From: Vicugna vicugna | Taxonomy: Eukaryota | Assembly: GCA_013265495.1 (NCBI GenBank) | Contig: MU063496.1 | Location: 4,960,739-5,024,738 of the forward strand | Length of the DNA stretch: 64,000 bases | Reading direction: 5' to 3' | In this document: positions 1 to 13,193 of the stretch, in pieces | How the letters are laid out: every line of letters starts with the position of its first letter | How positions within the stretch are numbered: the first letter of the stretch is position 1 | Program-made: the position numbers and the translations under genes | Notes under the pieces: model-generated | Seen by the model: the letters and a program-made list of their open reading frames with translations, nothing else | Database searches by the model: none | Told to the model about the DNA's origin: nothing

Positions 1-132
1 CGGATTTTACTCAGAACCCTGCCGGGTGGGATCTAGTGGGATGTTTCCGTCAAGCCCAGAATTTTCCCTCCTTCTCTGCTCCCAGCCTCCAAGAGAGACC
101 TAAAGGCTCTCATTCTGTACTGTCGTTAATTT

Positions 133-480
133 NNNNNNNNNNNNNNNNNNNNNNNNNNNNNNNNNNNNNNNNNNNNNNNNNNNNNNNNNNNNNNNNNNNN
201 NNNNNNNNNNNNNNNNNNNNNNNNNNNNNNNNNNNNNNNNNNNNNNNNNNNNNNNNNNNNNNNNNNNNNNNNNNNNNNNNNNNNNNNNNNNNNNNNNNNN
301 NNNNNNNNNNNNNNNNNNNNNNNNNNNNNNNNNNNNNNNNNNNNNNNNNNNNNNNNNNNNNNNNNNNNNNNNNNNNNNNNNNNNNNNNNNNNNNNNNNNN
401 NNNNNNNNNNNNNNNNNNNNNNNNNNNNNNNNNNNNNNNNNNNNNNNNNNNNNNNNNNNNNNNNNNNNNNNNNNNNNNNN
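133..480. other. N-block 1 (348 bp; gap or mask)
   Basis: Run of N counted from the sequence. Confidence 0.97.
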
Positions 481-1291
481 CTGGAAAGGGGCTGTGGATT
501 CTTCTTTTGTTTAACTGACAAGTAGGAGCTTCCTTCCCCCAGCCCATAGGAGTCTTAGCTCCCTGGGAGTCGGTCCCCCGTGTCTCAGGCAGCCAGTGTG
601 CGGTGGGTGCCGGAGGCGTGTGGGCAGCAGGAGAGGGACCAGGGGCGTGCAGGCCCCTCCCACATGGTAGTCGTCGTCCTGTTGTGCCGGGCATCCCAGG
701 CATCCAGGGAGGGACTGGGACTCTCTTCCCACTCCAGAAGAGCTTTTACAGGTGATGTTCCATCTCCCCTTCCAAGTGGGTGGCACCTCTCCAAGGGGAT
801 GAGGCTTCCTCGGGGTTTCACAGCCAAGCAGACATTCTTTCTTTAAAAGACAACGTGAATTTGGGAAGTGTCACAGTCTCTAGCAGTGGCAGGAGTGGGT
901 AAGGACGCCTGGTGTTGCCTCCCATGCAGGTGTCTTGATCAGCAATCTCAACCTTGACTGCACTTCCAGATCCCCCGGGAGCTTACAAACCCCAGTGCCG
1001 GTACTGCATCCAGGCCAGCTGTCTCAGACTCTCTGCCGGTGTCTAGACCCTTGTCTAGATGACCACCTAACTCTGGTAGTGTCCAGGATTATCAGAGCTG
1101 CCTGCGGTTTTCAGAGGCCTGGGTGTTTGCTGCATCCTGAGAGCAGCTAGTCATCTCCTGGGACCTGAACCCCCAAGTCTTTGCTGCCCAGGCTCCCATC
1201 TCTGAGCGTAGGAAGCAGCAAAGTGTCAGTCCGAAAAAATGGGCAGTGGGAGGGTAGCCAGCACCCACGTCTCCGAGTTTGCGATGATTTC

Positions 1292-1747
1292 AGGACAGTA
1301 GAGAACAAGATGTCTGTAGGCAAGTCCACGGGAGGGGTGATGACGGGGACCCGTCGGGAGTGTTCCTCTGACACATGCGCGCTTCCTGCCTCAGCTGCCC
1401 CGGTCACTTTTCCTGTGACTGTGGTGGCCCTGCAGGTCCTCTTCTTAACTGAGGGCTGCCTCACAACAGCACTCACATCTCTGTCCCTGCCCCCCACCCC
1501 CACCCTCCGCCCGCCCCCCCCAGGCGCCGAGGACAGTAGAGAACAAGATGTCTGTAGGCAAGTCCACGGGAGGGGTGATGACGGGGACCCGTCGGGAGTG
1601 TTCCTCTGACACATGCGCGCTTCCTGCCTCAGCTGCCCCGGTCACTTTTCCTGTGACTGTGGTGGCCCTGCAGGTCCTCTTCTTAACTGAGGGCTGCCTC
1701 ACAACAGCACTCACATCTCTGTCCCTGCCCCCCACCCCCACCCTCCG
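1292..1747. repeat. Exact tandem duplication: 218-bp units at 1292-1509 and 1530-1747, 20-bp spacer
   Basis: Both copies run aggacagtagagaacaagatg...cccccaccctccg and match base for base (period 238). Overlapping ORFs 1147-1614 and 1445-1834 share the same peptide as a result. Confidence 0.97.
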
Positions 1748-2859
1748 AGGGCCCCCAGCAGGAGCAGCCACTGCGCTGTAATTGCCGTCCTTCCTGCTTG
1801 GCCCTGTTAGAGTTAAGACTGTCAGGCTTCCCATTTTGGATGAGATTGTCTGGTGTTTATTACCGGCTTTAACACCATCCTCCCAGACTTCTGCTCTGCA
1901 CTGGAGCCTGGGCCCCCATCAGCCTCCTCTGTGCCAGAGCCTCTCGCCTGAGCCCCCCTCAGAGCCCCAGAGCTAACCTGGGTGGCTTTCGTGTGCTGCT
2001 TGGAGGGTTCGCATTCAAATCTGAATTGCTAATAGTGGAAAAGATGCCACTCAGTGTCCTGGGATCTCTTCAGCAACCCCACCAGGGATGCTGTTGGAGG
2101 CAAAAGTGAGACTTGTAGGGGACCCACTGGGATTTCTCTCCGGAAGACCTGTCATTCTCTTACTCCACAGGGATCTGCAGAACTTGCGGTCTAAAATTAG
2201 GGTACTGTATTTCACACAGCTGACGGAATTAAGATAAACTCTGCTTTCCTCTGATATGAAGCTGCAATTGATAAAATGATACTCTTACTAATTAATGTAG
2301 AAGTGACTGGGAAATGGGCTAAAAAAGCAGAGCTCTCCATAAATGCAGGAGACATGCTTGCACATGGAAAAGGCTTTGATGGGACACTGAGCAAAGCTCC
2401 TCTTAGCCTCCCTTCCCAGCCATGTGAACACATTTCACATTAATGTCACAGGACCTGGGAGACTTTTGTGAAGACTAGAAATTGGGTGGAGGATCAGGGA
2501 AGGCTGGGAACACCGCATCCTAGACTCGGGGCTGTTCGTCATTGCAGTGAGTGCAAAGTGAAGAGGCAGCACTTGGCACCATAATCACCCAAATTAAGCA
2601 ATTATTCCAACCCCCCACGTGAAACGAATGGGTATCACGAGAGCAAAAAGGCAGTACACATTCTTCCACATAGTCGCCCATATTTTCTCTTGTTTCCTCT
2701 CTTTCTTTACCACTGGCAGCACCCCATTGTACTAAGAAACCACTCCCCGTTTGGTTAGAAAAGCAATGTGGAAATTAAAAGTAATTCTCTTTCCATTTAC
2801 CCACCTCTCGTATGTTTTGTGGGCCATGTGACAGAGCTGGCTGGAAGGCACAGTGCCCA

Positions 2860-3035
2860 GTTGTCAAGCATTTGGGCCTCCAGGTCTGGCTCGTACCCCT
2901 TTGTAGTCACAGACAAGCCTCGGTTCCCTCATCTGCCAAATGGGGGTGACAACAGACCCCCCCACAACTAGTTTGTAACAATTAAATTGGCTCAGTGCCT
3001 GGTCCATAGTCAGGGCTCTGGAAATGTTAACTTTC
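2860..3035 (+). mobile_element. MIR SINE relic
   Basis: aagcctcggttccctcatctgccaaatgggg...cagtgcctggtccatagt matches the MIR core and 3' end. Confidence 0.7.
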
Positions 3036-3354
3036 ATTAGTTTTCCTCAGAGCCGAGTGAGAGAAAATCACTTGGGGAAAGAGGGAGGCTGTTCTCTTCC
3101 CAAAGCTCAGGATCTGCCAGAAAACCTGCCAGAGGATGAGGGGTGTGATATTTTTCTTCCCACTAGAACTGAGGCTCAGCCTTCATCCCCGAGGACACTT
3201 CTTCCTGCTACAAGCTGAATGGAAGTGTTGTGAAGTTTGGAAGTGTCCCCAAACAATGATTTTTAAGTTCCTTATCCCAAACATCAGGCTTTCCTTTGGG
3301 CACCACCTGGAGCAGAGAGCAAGCCCGCTGTCCTGGAGGGACCAGAAGGTGATT

Positions 3355-3512
3355 CAGTGGGTGGTCCAGCCCTTGTCCCACTGTCAGTTCCCAGATACCC
3401 AGCACAGGAGACAGGGTCTGATTCAGTCCATCTGGGGTGGGGCCACAGCATCTGTATTTTTTAAAAAGCTTCTTAGATAATTTTGATACACAACTAGTTG
3501 TGAAAACCACTG
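3355..3512 (+). mobile_element. MER5-type hAT-Charlie DNA transposon fossil
   Basis: ctgattcagtccatctggggtggggccacagcatctgtatttt...gaaaaccactg resembles MER5A/B, including the terminal aaccactg. Confidence 0.7.
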
Positions 3513-5239
3513 CCTTATTAAAAAATGTCAAAGAGAAGCATTTATTTTCTTCTTGTTTAATGCTCTTAAAATTTTGACAGCTAGGAGAAAGACTTGAAAG
3601 CCGTAGAGATGGGGTGTGTGTGCTTATGTTTATAGACGTGTGGTATACACATGTGCAGGACGCACTGACACCGTCTCTTCATAGATGTGAACCGTTCTCC
3701 TTTTCGTGGTGAAGCTTTTAACAGAACTCCTAGTTACAGTTTCCTCTCTCTGGGCTTTTAATGGGAGGAATGACCACCTGGAGAAGGTTGCTTGGTCCCG
3801 TGACGTGCTCACCAGTGCCCAGGACAGCCCGCTGGGACCCTGGTTAACTGCAGATGCAGAACCACAGAGTTTCCATGTCGGCTCCCTCTCCCTCAGCATG
3901 CACACTCTTTTCTGGTGCATTTTAATTTTTTAATTCAAGCTAAATTTGTTGTGTTTGATCATTGCATATTCACTTGTGTGGGAAAGGGGCAGCTTCTAAG
4001 AGAAGCAGGAAGAAAACCGACAGAGGCTTGTGTTCCTAACTCAACACAAACCACATGCCTAACTTGGCTCCTGAAGGACTGAGAAACTGCTGAGATGTCA
4101 AACTGAAGACTGGGCGTGTGCCTGTGCTTATAGTGGAAGAGTCCCATCCCTTGATTGGCCATGTTTCACACTTGGTAAAGATTGTGCGCCCTCAGCAACT
4201 TTCCAGAAGCTCAGAAGGCCTTCACTGTTGCTTGTAGAAGCCCCATCCTTGGTTTTGAAGTAGGATGTGTTCTGATCGGGAGACAATGTAGAGATGCTGT
4301 CGTACTTTGCAGGTGGAGAAAGGAATTTTCTCCTCCCTTCTGGTTTCTTAGCAGCAAAGCGAATAACGATTGCCCAGGAGAAGAGTAGGGACCCAAGATC
4401 TTGTCTTTATATCCTTAGCATTTAGTATAGTACCTGGCACAACTGAGGTGTTCAGTAATGTTCATTGTTTTGCTAAATTTGCCTTTCCTTTCCTGGATAT
4501 TCATCTTCAAATGGAGGGGATAAGTGAAACAACCTCGGAAAACTGGTACTCGAACCTGAGTGCACCTTGTGTCAATCCCAGTGTTTATCTTCTGGACTCC
4601 CAGCGAGTATGTGGTCTCTTCTCCAGCCTTTTCTATTTCTCTTACAATTTAATTTTCTCATAAGACACTTCTAAGCCATTTATACATTTCCCATCTTATT
4701 TGGGAAATTTCTAAAGTTCTTGGCTGGGTCTCAAGGGCTTTCTGTTTTGGATTCCATGATGCCCATCCAACTCAACCTCCAAGATTAGGTCTGGGTCAAA
4801 CTGACATTTTATTGTTCTTCCACATCGCTATATTTCCATTAGCATAATTCCAGCCTATCCGTCCCAACTTCCTATTGATACTATCCTTGGATTTAATTTC
4901 TACTGCAAATTATTTTAAATCCTGACTCTCATTCATAAGTTCTTCTCTTTGTCATGTCATAGCATTTTCATGCCAAACCACAAATTGCTTCACTCACATT
5001 AAATGTATATGTGGAATATCTATCCATTACCCCTATGTCATGTACGTGAAAAAGACATGTTATAAATGCACAAGGTTTTTATTAAATAGAAATGTGTAAG
5101 ATGAATACTCGAGTTATTGGAAATTGGTCAGACATCTTCAGCTAAACAAGAATTTCTTAGACTGAATAGCAAAAAGAAGAGGTTCTAAATTCTCCCCTGT
5201 TCATCATGGGTGAGTCATGGACAAGGATACTTAGGAGAC

Positions 5240-5340
5240 CTGGTTTCTGACTTCTCACTAACCACGTGTGTGGCGTTGGGCAAGTTACCTAATGCTGCTG
5301 AGCCTTAGTTTTGTTGTCTGCAAAGTGAGGCTGGATTCGA
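5240..5340 (+). mobile_element. MIR SINE relic
   Basis: ttgggcaagttacctaatgctgctgagccttagttttgttgtctgcaaagtgagg matches the MIR core. Confidence 0.65.
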
Positions 5341-7105
5341 TGATGTAGCACTGCATATCCTGATTTTCTCTGTAGCTATTTACCTGGGCCCCAGCAACAT
5401 GGCAGACCCAGAGGGAAACGTATGTGAGTGGATTTTCTCTTTGCCAAGGCAGAAGGAAGGCTGTATGAAAATTATCTCCATCCTTTCACCTCTCTCAGAT
5501 TCCTAACAGGGAATAAACATAGTGGGCAGGTCCAGGCACATCCGTGTTGGCTCTTCCAAGTAACTTAAGGAAACATACATGGGCCTAACGTCTAAGCAAG
5601 GTCATTAACTATTTGTTGGTTCTTTCATTCAGTCATTGATATCAACTCATTTATTTTTTATTCAAGTACCTACTGATGAACCAACATGAACTTGACGGAG
5701 TTGCTTGACTCTGTTGGGTCTGTCACCATGCACCTGTCAGTAGGCAGCAGAGAAGTTAGTTTAATCTCGTTCCTCAGTTGCCCTGACGGTTTAGGAGAGT
5801 GTGGGAACTCGTGAAGAACTAGTTGACATAGTATGTTTCAAGAACTCAGTTGATTGGCAATAATCAATATTATTTGACCTGCAAAAGGAATTCTTCTGGA
5901 GACATCTAGGGTTGAATACATGATTCTACATTCCCAGAGAAAAGGTCAGCTGCTTTCTTTTAGAATGAACCGTTGGCTTATATTCTGTGGCTTAGCTGAA
6001 GGGAATGTTGTAAAGCCAAGGAGGAATTAGGTGGAGGCGATGGCTTTCAACCTCATTAAATTGACCGTGAAAATCCTGAGCCACCGAGAGTCGGGAAGAT
6101 CCTAAGCAGAGGCGTTCGTACCAGTGATGCCTTTAACTGGTGGCTTGTCATTGAGTCTAGCCTGGGCTGTTCTTTGGTTATTAGAAGAGTCTGCCTGATT
6201 CTGTATTTGGGTTTGAGGGTGTTAGTCCTCAGTAAAGATGCACACATTTCTTTTTGGTCACGCACATGTGTATTTTTATGTGTGGGAGTTATTGTCTGAG
6301 TTAATCTCCCCTTGGCAGCTTCTGGATGGTGATGTATAATTATGGGTAATTATTCCTCATAACTTTGCCATTGTGATAAAGAAAATAAAATCTCTGTATT
6401 AGGATGTATTAATAATTAGCCAAACTTTGTACTCTCAGAAGTCTCAGAATTCAGTGGATGGACATTATTTTGTCTTCTTTCCTTTCTTCTCAAAGTTACA
6501 GCTGGGAAGGTTAAATTGCCCTACTTCTAGAGCTTTTCCCTGTTAGTTGGTGTGAGGATCACATTGAGACATACTGGCTGTAGACCGACAGGATGTCTCC
6601 AGTTACGTGAAGAGTAACCAGAGTAGCTTTTTCCATTGCTGTTCCAAACCAGGTGTGTTTCATGGTCTACCAGTTATATGCATGTTTACTGAGGCAGTGA
6701 AATGAACGGAGCATTTGAAAAGAAGACTGACCAGGAACCCCCGGGATGGGTGGTGTGGTACCCAGCGTAGTCAGTTTGGGCTTCATCTTTCCTCTCTGGG
6801 ATTCTTAATGACTTTTTTCAACTCCCTAACTTCTTGGTTAAAAAAAATGTAGATGCTACTCACTTCTTGGGAACAGTGAACAAATGATATTAGGATCTAA
6901 ATAATAAGACAGAACACTATTTCACATTGTAGAGAACATTCCTCAGAGCACTTTTTACATATATTATTTTATTTTATATGACCTGTTTGTTTATTATGGG
7001 GATCTCTGTGTGTCCTCAGATACAACATTGTTCATCATCTGCTATGTCAAACTCATTGATAGTTCCTTTCAAGAACTTTATCTTCTCAAGCAGATGTCAT
7101 TTTAC

Positions 7106-7141
7106 AAAAAAAAAAAAAAAAAAGAAGAAGAAGAAGAAGAA
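7106..7141 (+). repeat. A18-(GAA)6 microsatellite
   Basis: Read directly; embedded in MIR-like sequence (cattttac...aaact). Confidence 0.9.
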
Positions 7142-8207
7142 ACTAAAGAGCTGGTAAGTGATGGAGCTGAGATGTAAACTGTCTTAAGATTCCAGGCTCT
7201 GGGCTCTTTTTCGCTCTATCTGAGGATGAGTTGGGATATTCCCAGAAGTGCCATTTGAGAATCTTCGCTGCCTTCGTCTCTGTGCCTCACCCTCCTTGTG
7301 CTACAGGAGACCTGGGATTTTTATCTACCTGTCTACCCACAAACCCACCAGCTTCTAAAAATTCAAACATGACAGGTGTTCAGTAAGCACTGAATAAACA
7401 CAGCTTGGGTCCCCTGACCACTTAGATGTACAAGCTCTTCTGAAATGTGACTTTTCTTTTTAACCTGGGGATTGTCCAGGGTAAGGAGTCAAAATTTACA
7501 AGGTGTATGTTTTGACTCTTACAGGTGAGTGGCAGAATCAGCCTGTGGGCCACCACGGGTAATTAGGGAGGAGGCTGTGCCAGCCAGCAGACGAAGCACG
7601 GGCCACATTTGGTCAAGGCACTCAGTCTTCTTTTCGTGTGTATTTATGTGTGAGCACTGGTATCTTAATGAAATCATAGGCTCCTAGCAAGTTCCCCACA
7701 CCTAGCAGATGTCTGACACTTAGGGACCTGTAAATATTAGTTCTGTGCCTAGAAGTTGCTTTGTTGACTATCTGAGTTACAGAAAGGAAAAGGGTCTTGT
7801 CACAGTCATCCAGGCAGGTGGGCAAGTACTGGACCTTCTGGTTCAGAGCCCCTTGCATCTCAAGTGGTCTCTCCTTGTTTTCTTCCTGTGAGCAGCACGT
7901 GGTCGGGGAATGGCATTCCTGAAGCTCCCGCACTGCATCCCCCAAGGTGGTTCCCCTCTGTGGTGCTTGCCGCCTGGACAGCCCTCTTGTCCTCCCCCAG
8001 ACACCGACTCCCACCCCTGCAGAGGGTTTCTGGGTCCATCAAGGCCACAGGATCTTTCCTTGTCTGATGGCAAACACTGCTTGGGGTGTTACTGCTGCCC
8101 AAATGGTGGTAAATATCTGAGGCAGCCATGTCCACGGTAAAGATTATGTATTTGCCACTAAGGGGAGAATATAGTGTTTATCGGCTCGAGTGCGTGTGGC
8201 TGAGCTG

Positions 8208-8595
8208 NNNNNNNNNNNNNNNNNNNNNNNNNNNNNNNNNNNNNNNNNNNNNNNNNNNNNNNNNNNNNNNNNNNNNNNNNNNNNNNNNNNNNNNNNNNNN
8301 NNNNNNNNNNNNNNNNNNNNNNNNNNNNNNNNNNNNNNNNNNNNNNNNNNNNNNNNNNNNNNNNNNNNNNNNNNNNNNNNNNNNNNNNNNNNNNNNNNNN
8401 NNNNNNNNNNNNNNNNNNNNNNNNNNNNNNNNNNNNNNNNNNNNNNNNNNNNNNNNNNNNNNNNNNNNNNNNNNNNNNNNNNNNNNNNNNNNNNNNNNNN
8501 NNNNNNNNNNNNNNNNNNNNNNNNNNNNNNNNNNNNNNNNNNNNNNNNNNNNNNNNNNNNNNNNNNNNNNNNNNNNNNNNNNNNNNNNNNNNNNN
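8208..8595. other. N-block 2 (388 bp)
   Basis: Run of N counted from the sequence. Confidence 0.97.
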
Positions 8596-9074
8596 GCTCC
8601 AGTGTGTGCTTCAGGCGGGCAGTCTGATGGGGACCCCGAGGGCCCTGACTTCCTGCACAGAGGTGCTGCGGGGAGGGGAGGTGCTCGAAGCAGGGGGTGC
8701 TCTCCTCTTGCCCTGAGAAGGAAGCCAGGGAAAGAGTGATGGGGAGCCAGCCTGCAGGTGCGTGTCTCTGGGCATCTGAGGCTGGCAGGTGACTGGTTGC
8801 CTTGTGCATGTGGGCAGGCGGTGACCACAGTGCCCGCTGCTCTCCGCTGGCTCTCCTGGATGCCTAGCCCCCGGGCGTGGATCGGCAATAGCTCCTTCTC
8901 TGAGGAGAGCCCAGGGTAATAAGCTCCAGTATCTTCCAAGCCTTGGGCTGATTGTTTCTGTTCTGGTCTGCCTGCTGTCAGACAAGAGGAAGGAAGCGTG
9001 GGTCCTCAGGATGGCAGAATCCACATCCGTCCATGCAGCCCGATATTCCCATACGCCCCATTAGAAACGTTTGT

Positions 9075-9510
9075 CAGGGTGTCGTATACACATTGTTTCA
9101 TACAGTCTTCACCCCACCCCACTGAAGTAGAGGCGTGACCACCCCGTTTTACTTAGAAGCAAATGGAGGTTCAAAGAGGTACATTACCCAATGTCCCAAG
9201 GGTGGCAGAGGTGGGAGTCTTACCTTTTATCTAGATCTCGCAGACTTCACTTTTTATAAGGTTTCTAGTGACGCGTGCTACGCAGAGCTAATAACTTAAT
9301 AGTACTGTGTGTGCTCCACGTGTATTGATTTGTTCAGTCCACACTACACCCTGATAGGTAGGTGCTAATGTCACCCCCAGTTTACAGAGGAGGAGGCCAG
9401 GTCATGGAGAACTTATGTAACAAGCCCAAAGTCTGATGCCGGTTGGTGGCAGAGACGGGTTTTAAACCCAGGGTGCCTGGCTTCTAAGGCAGCACTCTGA
9501 ACCACCCAGC
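9075..9510 (-). mobile_element. Two adjacent MIR relics (about 9075-9230 and 9285-9510)
   Basis: ccccgttttacttagaagcaaatggagg and cccagtttacagaggaggaggccagg...ggtggcagagacgggttttaaacccagg resemble the reverse MIR core. Confidence 0.65.
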
Positions 9511-10889
9511 AATCCCCCATGCAACGTCCCAGTAAGCCTGAGGACTGATGGGAAAAGGCCAGGAGGACAGTAATATGTTGGAATAAAAGGAAATGTTCAA
9601 ATAGCATTTTATCACTTTGAGTTGTAATTCCAACATCCAACAAAATATTGCTCAAAAGAGATGTTCCGTGATGAGCTTTAATTAAGTAATAAGTCCCATT
9701 TGCAGTTAGTACATTGTTTGCATGCAAATGGTGCTTCTAAGATGCTTGAAAGGCATTGACTTTGTTAGGTTAAGGGTAAGCAGTCACGCCAGCAAAATGC
9801 CTCATTCATTTATATTGCTTGGCATCCTTTTTTTTTTTTATTGGAAAGGCTTAGTAAACTTATGTTGAATCACGTACCTCAAGAGGACAGTTTAAGGTGG
9901 TCTCCAGTAATAAATGGGACACAGGTCATGGCCTGTTTTATCAGCCAGAGTAAAATCATTGGTGGATCCTGAGTGCTGGACACAAGAATGTTCACATGTA
10001 CCGACAAATGTGGACATTATCTTTGTTCTGCTGAAGAGTGACCTCTCTCCACGCCTTTAGCCACATCATCTCTCTCTCCTAAGCTTGAGCTGTTACCCAT
10101 CCTGAGCAGAATGGACAAACTGCTCTCCCCCTTGGCCATATACATGGGAGGGTCATACATTTGTAAACTTACTCAATAAGCCACACGTAAAATGAGTTCT
10201 ACTTTGTACCCTCAGGGCAAGTTTTAAAATGCTGCAATGGAAGAGCCATAGATTGGCATGGCTTTTCTCATTGAGAAATTTGAAATTAAGTTAGCACGCT
10301 AGGAATTGTGTTCCCTGGCCCTGCTCCCCTCGGTGGGCTCCCAAGCACACGCATTGATCTTCCCTGCTAGATTGCAGTAGGTCCAGGGGACTGACCTGAT
10401 TTTCTCCTCTGGCCTTACATCCAATCACTCAAGTAGTAAAGGAGAAGGACAAAAGTATTGATCCAGTCATTGAAAAGTAATTATCCCTCTCAAATGGTCT
10501 GTTTAGAATGCAGCAATAATTTTAAATAATGTATTCCCTAGGGACAGTGCGACAGCGTGTGTGGACCACTGACTCTCTTGAAGGAGCCTTACACTTGCAC
10601 CCTCCCTGCTTCCTGGACCTCTAATAGGTGGAGCTAGGCCCTCTTTACGGAGAGCAGACATTGGAAAAAATTCAGTTTACTCAACAAATCAATTACAGAG
10701 CACTTACTCATTGTATAAAGGGATTCATCTGCCTTCTGTAGCTAAGTAAAATATGTGATTTCCACAGTTTTTTTTTTAGAAACTTACAAGAGAACTCTTA
10801 TAAGATCCTTCATGAAGCTATTGGGTCATTTTAAAGCTCTTAAGATTTAACAACTTCGGCTGTGTTTATGTTAGCAGGGTTTTGTTTTG

Positions 10890-11370
10890 TTTTTAAGATT
10901 GTCTTTTGTTTCAAATCACAGAAATCAAATTCAAACTAAAAAATACGGAAATGTATAGGCTTTTGGAATACAAATAAGTGTTGAAATAATCAAACAATCA
11001 GAAGAGCAGAGATACGCAGCTGGACTTGGGTAGCGCAGAACGAGGACTCAAGGGCCCTCCTAGTCCTGGCTGTATTCTTTCTCACTGTCCACTGTGTTCT
11101 TGACTGTTTGTGAGACTTGGTTTCTCCTATCGGTAGAAATCATGAACCATCCTCCTGAGCTTTACACCTTTCTGTTTCAGCCAGTGGGAGAGATACTGCC
11201 TCCTCTTCCACTGCAGTCATTAAATCCAAGGAAAGAGTTCTGACCACGTCAGGATGGGTTACATTCTGGGGATAGGTTCTCAGGAAAGGACTGTGGATTG
11301 GCCCCACTGAAGTCAGATGCTTGTGCCTGGATCGGGCAGCTGTGGCTAGAAAGACAGGGCCGTGTTGTCC
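10890..11370 (-). mobile_element. LTR33-like ERVL solo LTR
   Basis: cttttgtttcaaatcacagaaatcaaattcaaact resembles the reverse-complemented LTR33 3' end (cttttggttgcaagtgacagaaacccaactcaaact); degenerate similarity continues to about 11370. Confidence 0.5.
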
Positions 11371-12044
11371 ACAAGTGCTGACCCGGAGGTAATGCTCTGT
11401 GGAGTGGGTAGAGGGCCCAGAAAGGTGGGCGGTAGGCAGGTGACAGTGTGGCTATAAGGCATATTTTTATATTCCCGCCATGTGGGTTAGGCAATCACAG
11501 GCACTTCTTGCCAGCCACCAAAGCTGCCTTGATCATCATCCAAAGTGAGCACTTTATGGTGATCTCGGGGTCTGAAATATGAGTACTTATTTGCAGTTAT
11601 AAATATAACACTTACCTAAATATTCATAGAATTATGTTAAATGCCATGCACAGAGTGATTCTATCTTGCTTAAGTTAAGCTATTAAAAGTTACAGAGACG
11701 CAGTGGATTTTATAGAGTAAGGATTCTGTGTTCATGTGTTCAGAATTGTGTAGAATTCATTAATGCTTCTGATATAGTGGATGATGTGTTATTCCCCGAG
11801 TATAAGACAGCCCCAGTTAGAGATACAAAGGTCTTTGCAGTCCCTGGGATGCCAGTTAGTAAATTACTTACCTGGGGTACAAAATGTAACTTACTTGCCC
11901 AAAGAAACTGTGGTCATCCCAGAATCCCTACTTTGTGTCCAGTGCGGGATGTCTCAAACTAGAATAGGAAGCCTTGCCACAGTGATTTTCCTGAGATTGG
12001 AAGTTAATAAGCTCAGTCATAGCTTCTTCCACTCATAGTTCATT

Positions 12045-12900
12045 CAACAGACTTAGTCCTCACTATGTGCTGAGCCAGGCACTGTCCTGGGACCTAGGGG
12101 TGGAGAGATGACAAAGACATAACAAGCCTTCAGAGATGTAAGGTCTAATTGAAGAGAAAGTCGAGATACTTTGATGAATTATTAACACCCCCTGCCCAAC
12201 CCAGTGTATGCCGAGGAACTGCAGGATGTCTGAACCATGCTGTCTAGGAGAACAGGCATTTGAGTTAGAGCTTGTTGAAACACATGGATGCAGATGATTG
12301 CTAGGTAGTAAGGATAGTGCAGGTAATAGGCAAAGAGGATATCATTTGCAAAAAGCAAAGAGTTGTGAAAGTCTTAGCACATGGAGAGAAGCTTATAACA
12401 GAGCAAGGATCATGGTGGGGGTGAGGGGACAGGTGACTGTGAACGTCAGTGCATCCACCGACGTTTATGTAATGTAAGATCCCCTTACATCTAAGGGACT
12501 CCATATAAACAGACCTTGTATGGCAAGAGAGGAGTTTGGACTTGATCCAGATGAGCACCCGCTGGGTACTGTAGGTGACTGACACACCAGATTTAACTTT
12601 TTGGAAGAGAATTCTGGTAGTGGTGGAAGGATGAGGTGCAAAGGAGGGAAACTTCGCCCTGATGACCAAAGAGAATGTTGTCATCAAAGGCTGGGGGAGG
12701 ACGATAGGGATCTCAAGTACAGTAATGGGAAGAGGAGGAGTTGGATTTCGGAGGCATTTCTGAAGTGGAATTGTCATGATTTTGTGACCACTGGGATGTG
12801 GGGGTTTAGGGAGGAGTCAGGTTTCAAGTAAGGCTGACTGAGTACTGATGATACCATCCATCAGACACTAAGAATGGGTGATACAGGAAATACAAGTTCC
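12045..12900 (-). mobile_element. L2 LINE 3' region
   Basis: gttcattcaacagac...tatgtgctgagccaggcactgtcctgg is the reverse L2 3' end, followed by typical L2 body sequence. Confidence 0.75.
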
Positions 12901-13193
12901 GGGGGTGGAGCTTGCAGGACCCTCCGCTGGATGGATTCCAAAGACCGTGCTCATTGACAGTGCAGGAGTGAGCAGACCTACGGGCTAGTGTCTTGAAGAC
13001 CAAGAAGCATCTGAGTCTGAGACAGCTGGAGCTGTGGGAGTGGGTGGGAGCCCAGCCAGAACGCTGGGAGTCTGTCTGCATCTAATTTAGGAATAAATAT
13101 ATGTGATGATGATAACCATTACAAACAAAATAACTGTATATTAATCATAGCACCTGATGTTTGTGTAGCTTTTTTAATGCTGTACCGAATGAC

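Noticed and set aside
11865-11875. U1 snRNA 5'-end match TACTTACCTGG
   Set aside because: No further U1 sequence follows. It is a minus-strand consensus donor, one of several isolated ones with no partner acceptor identified.
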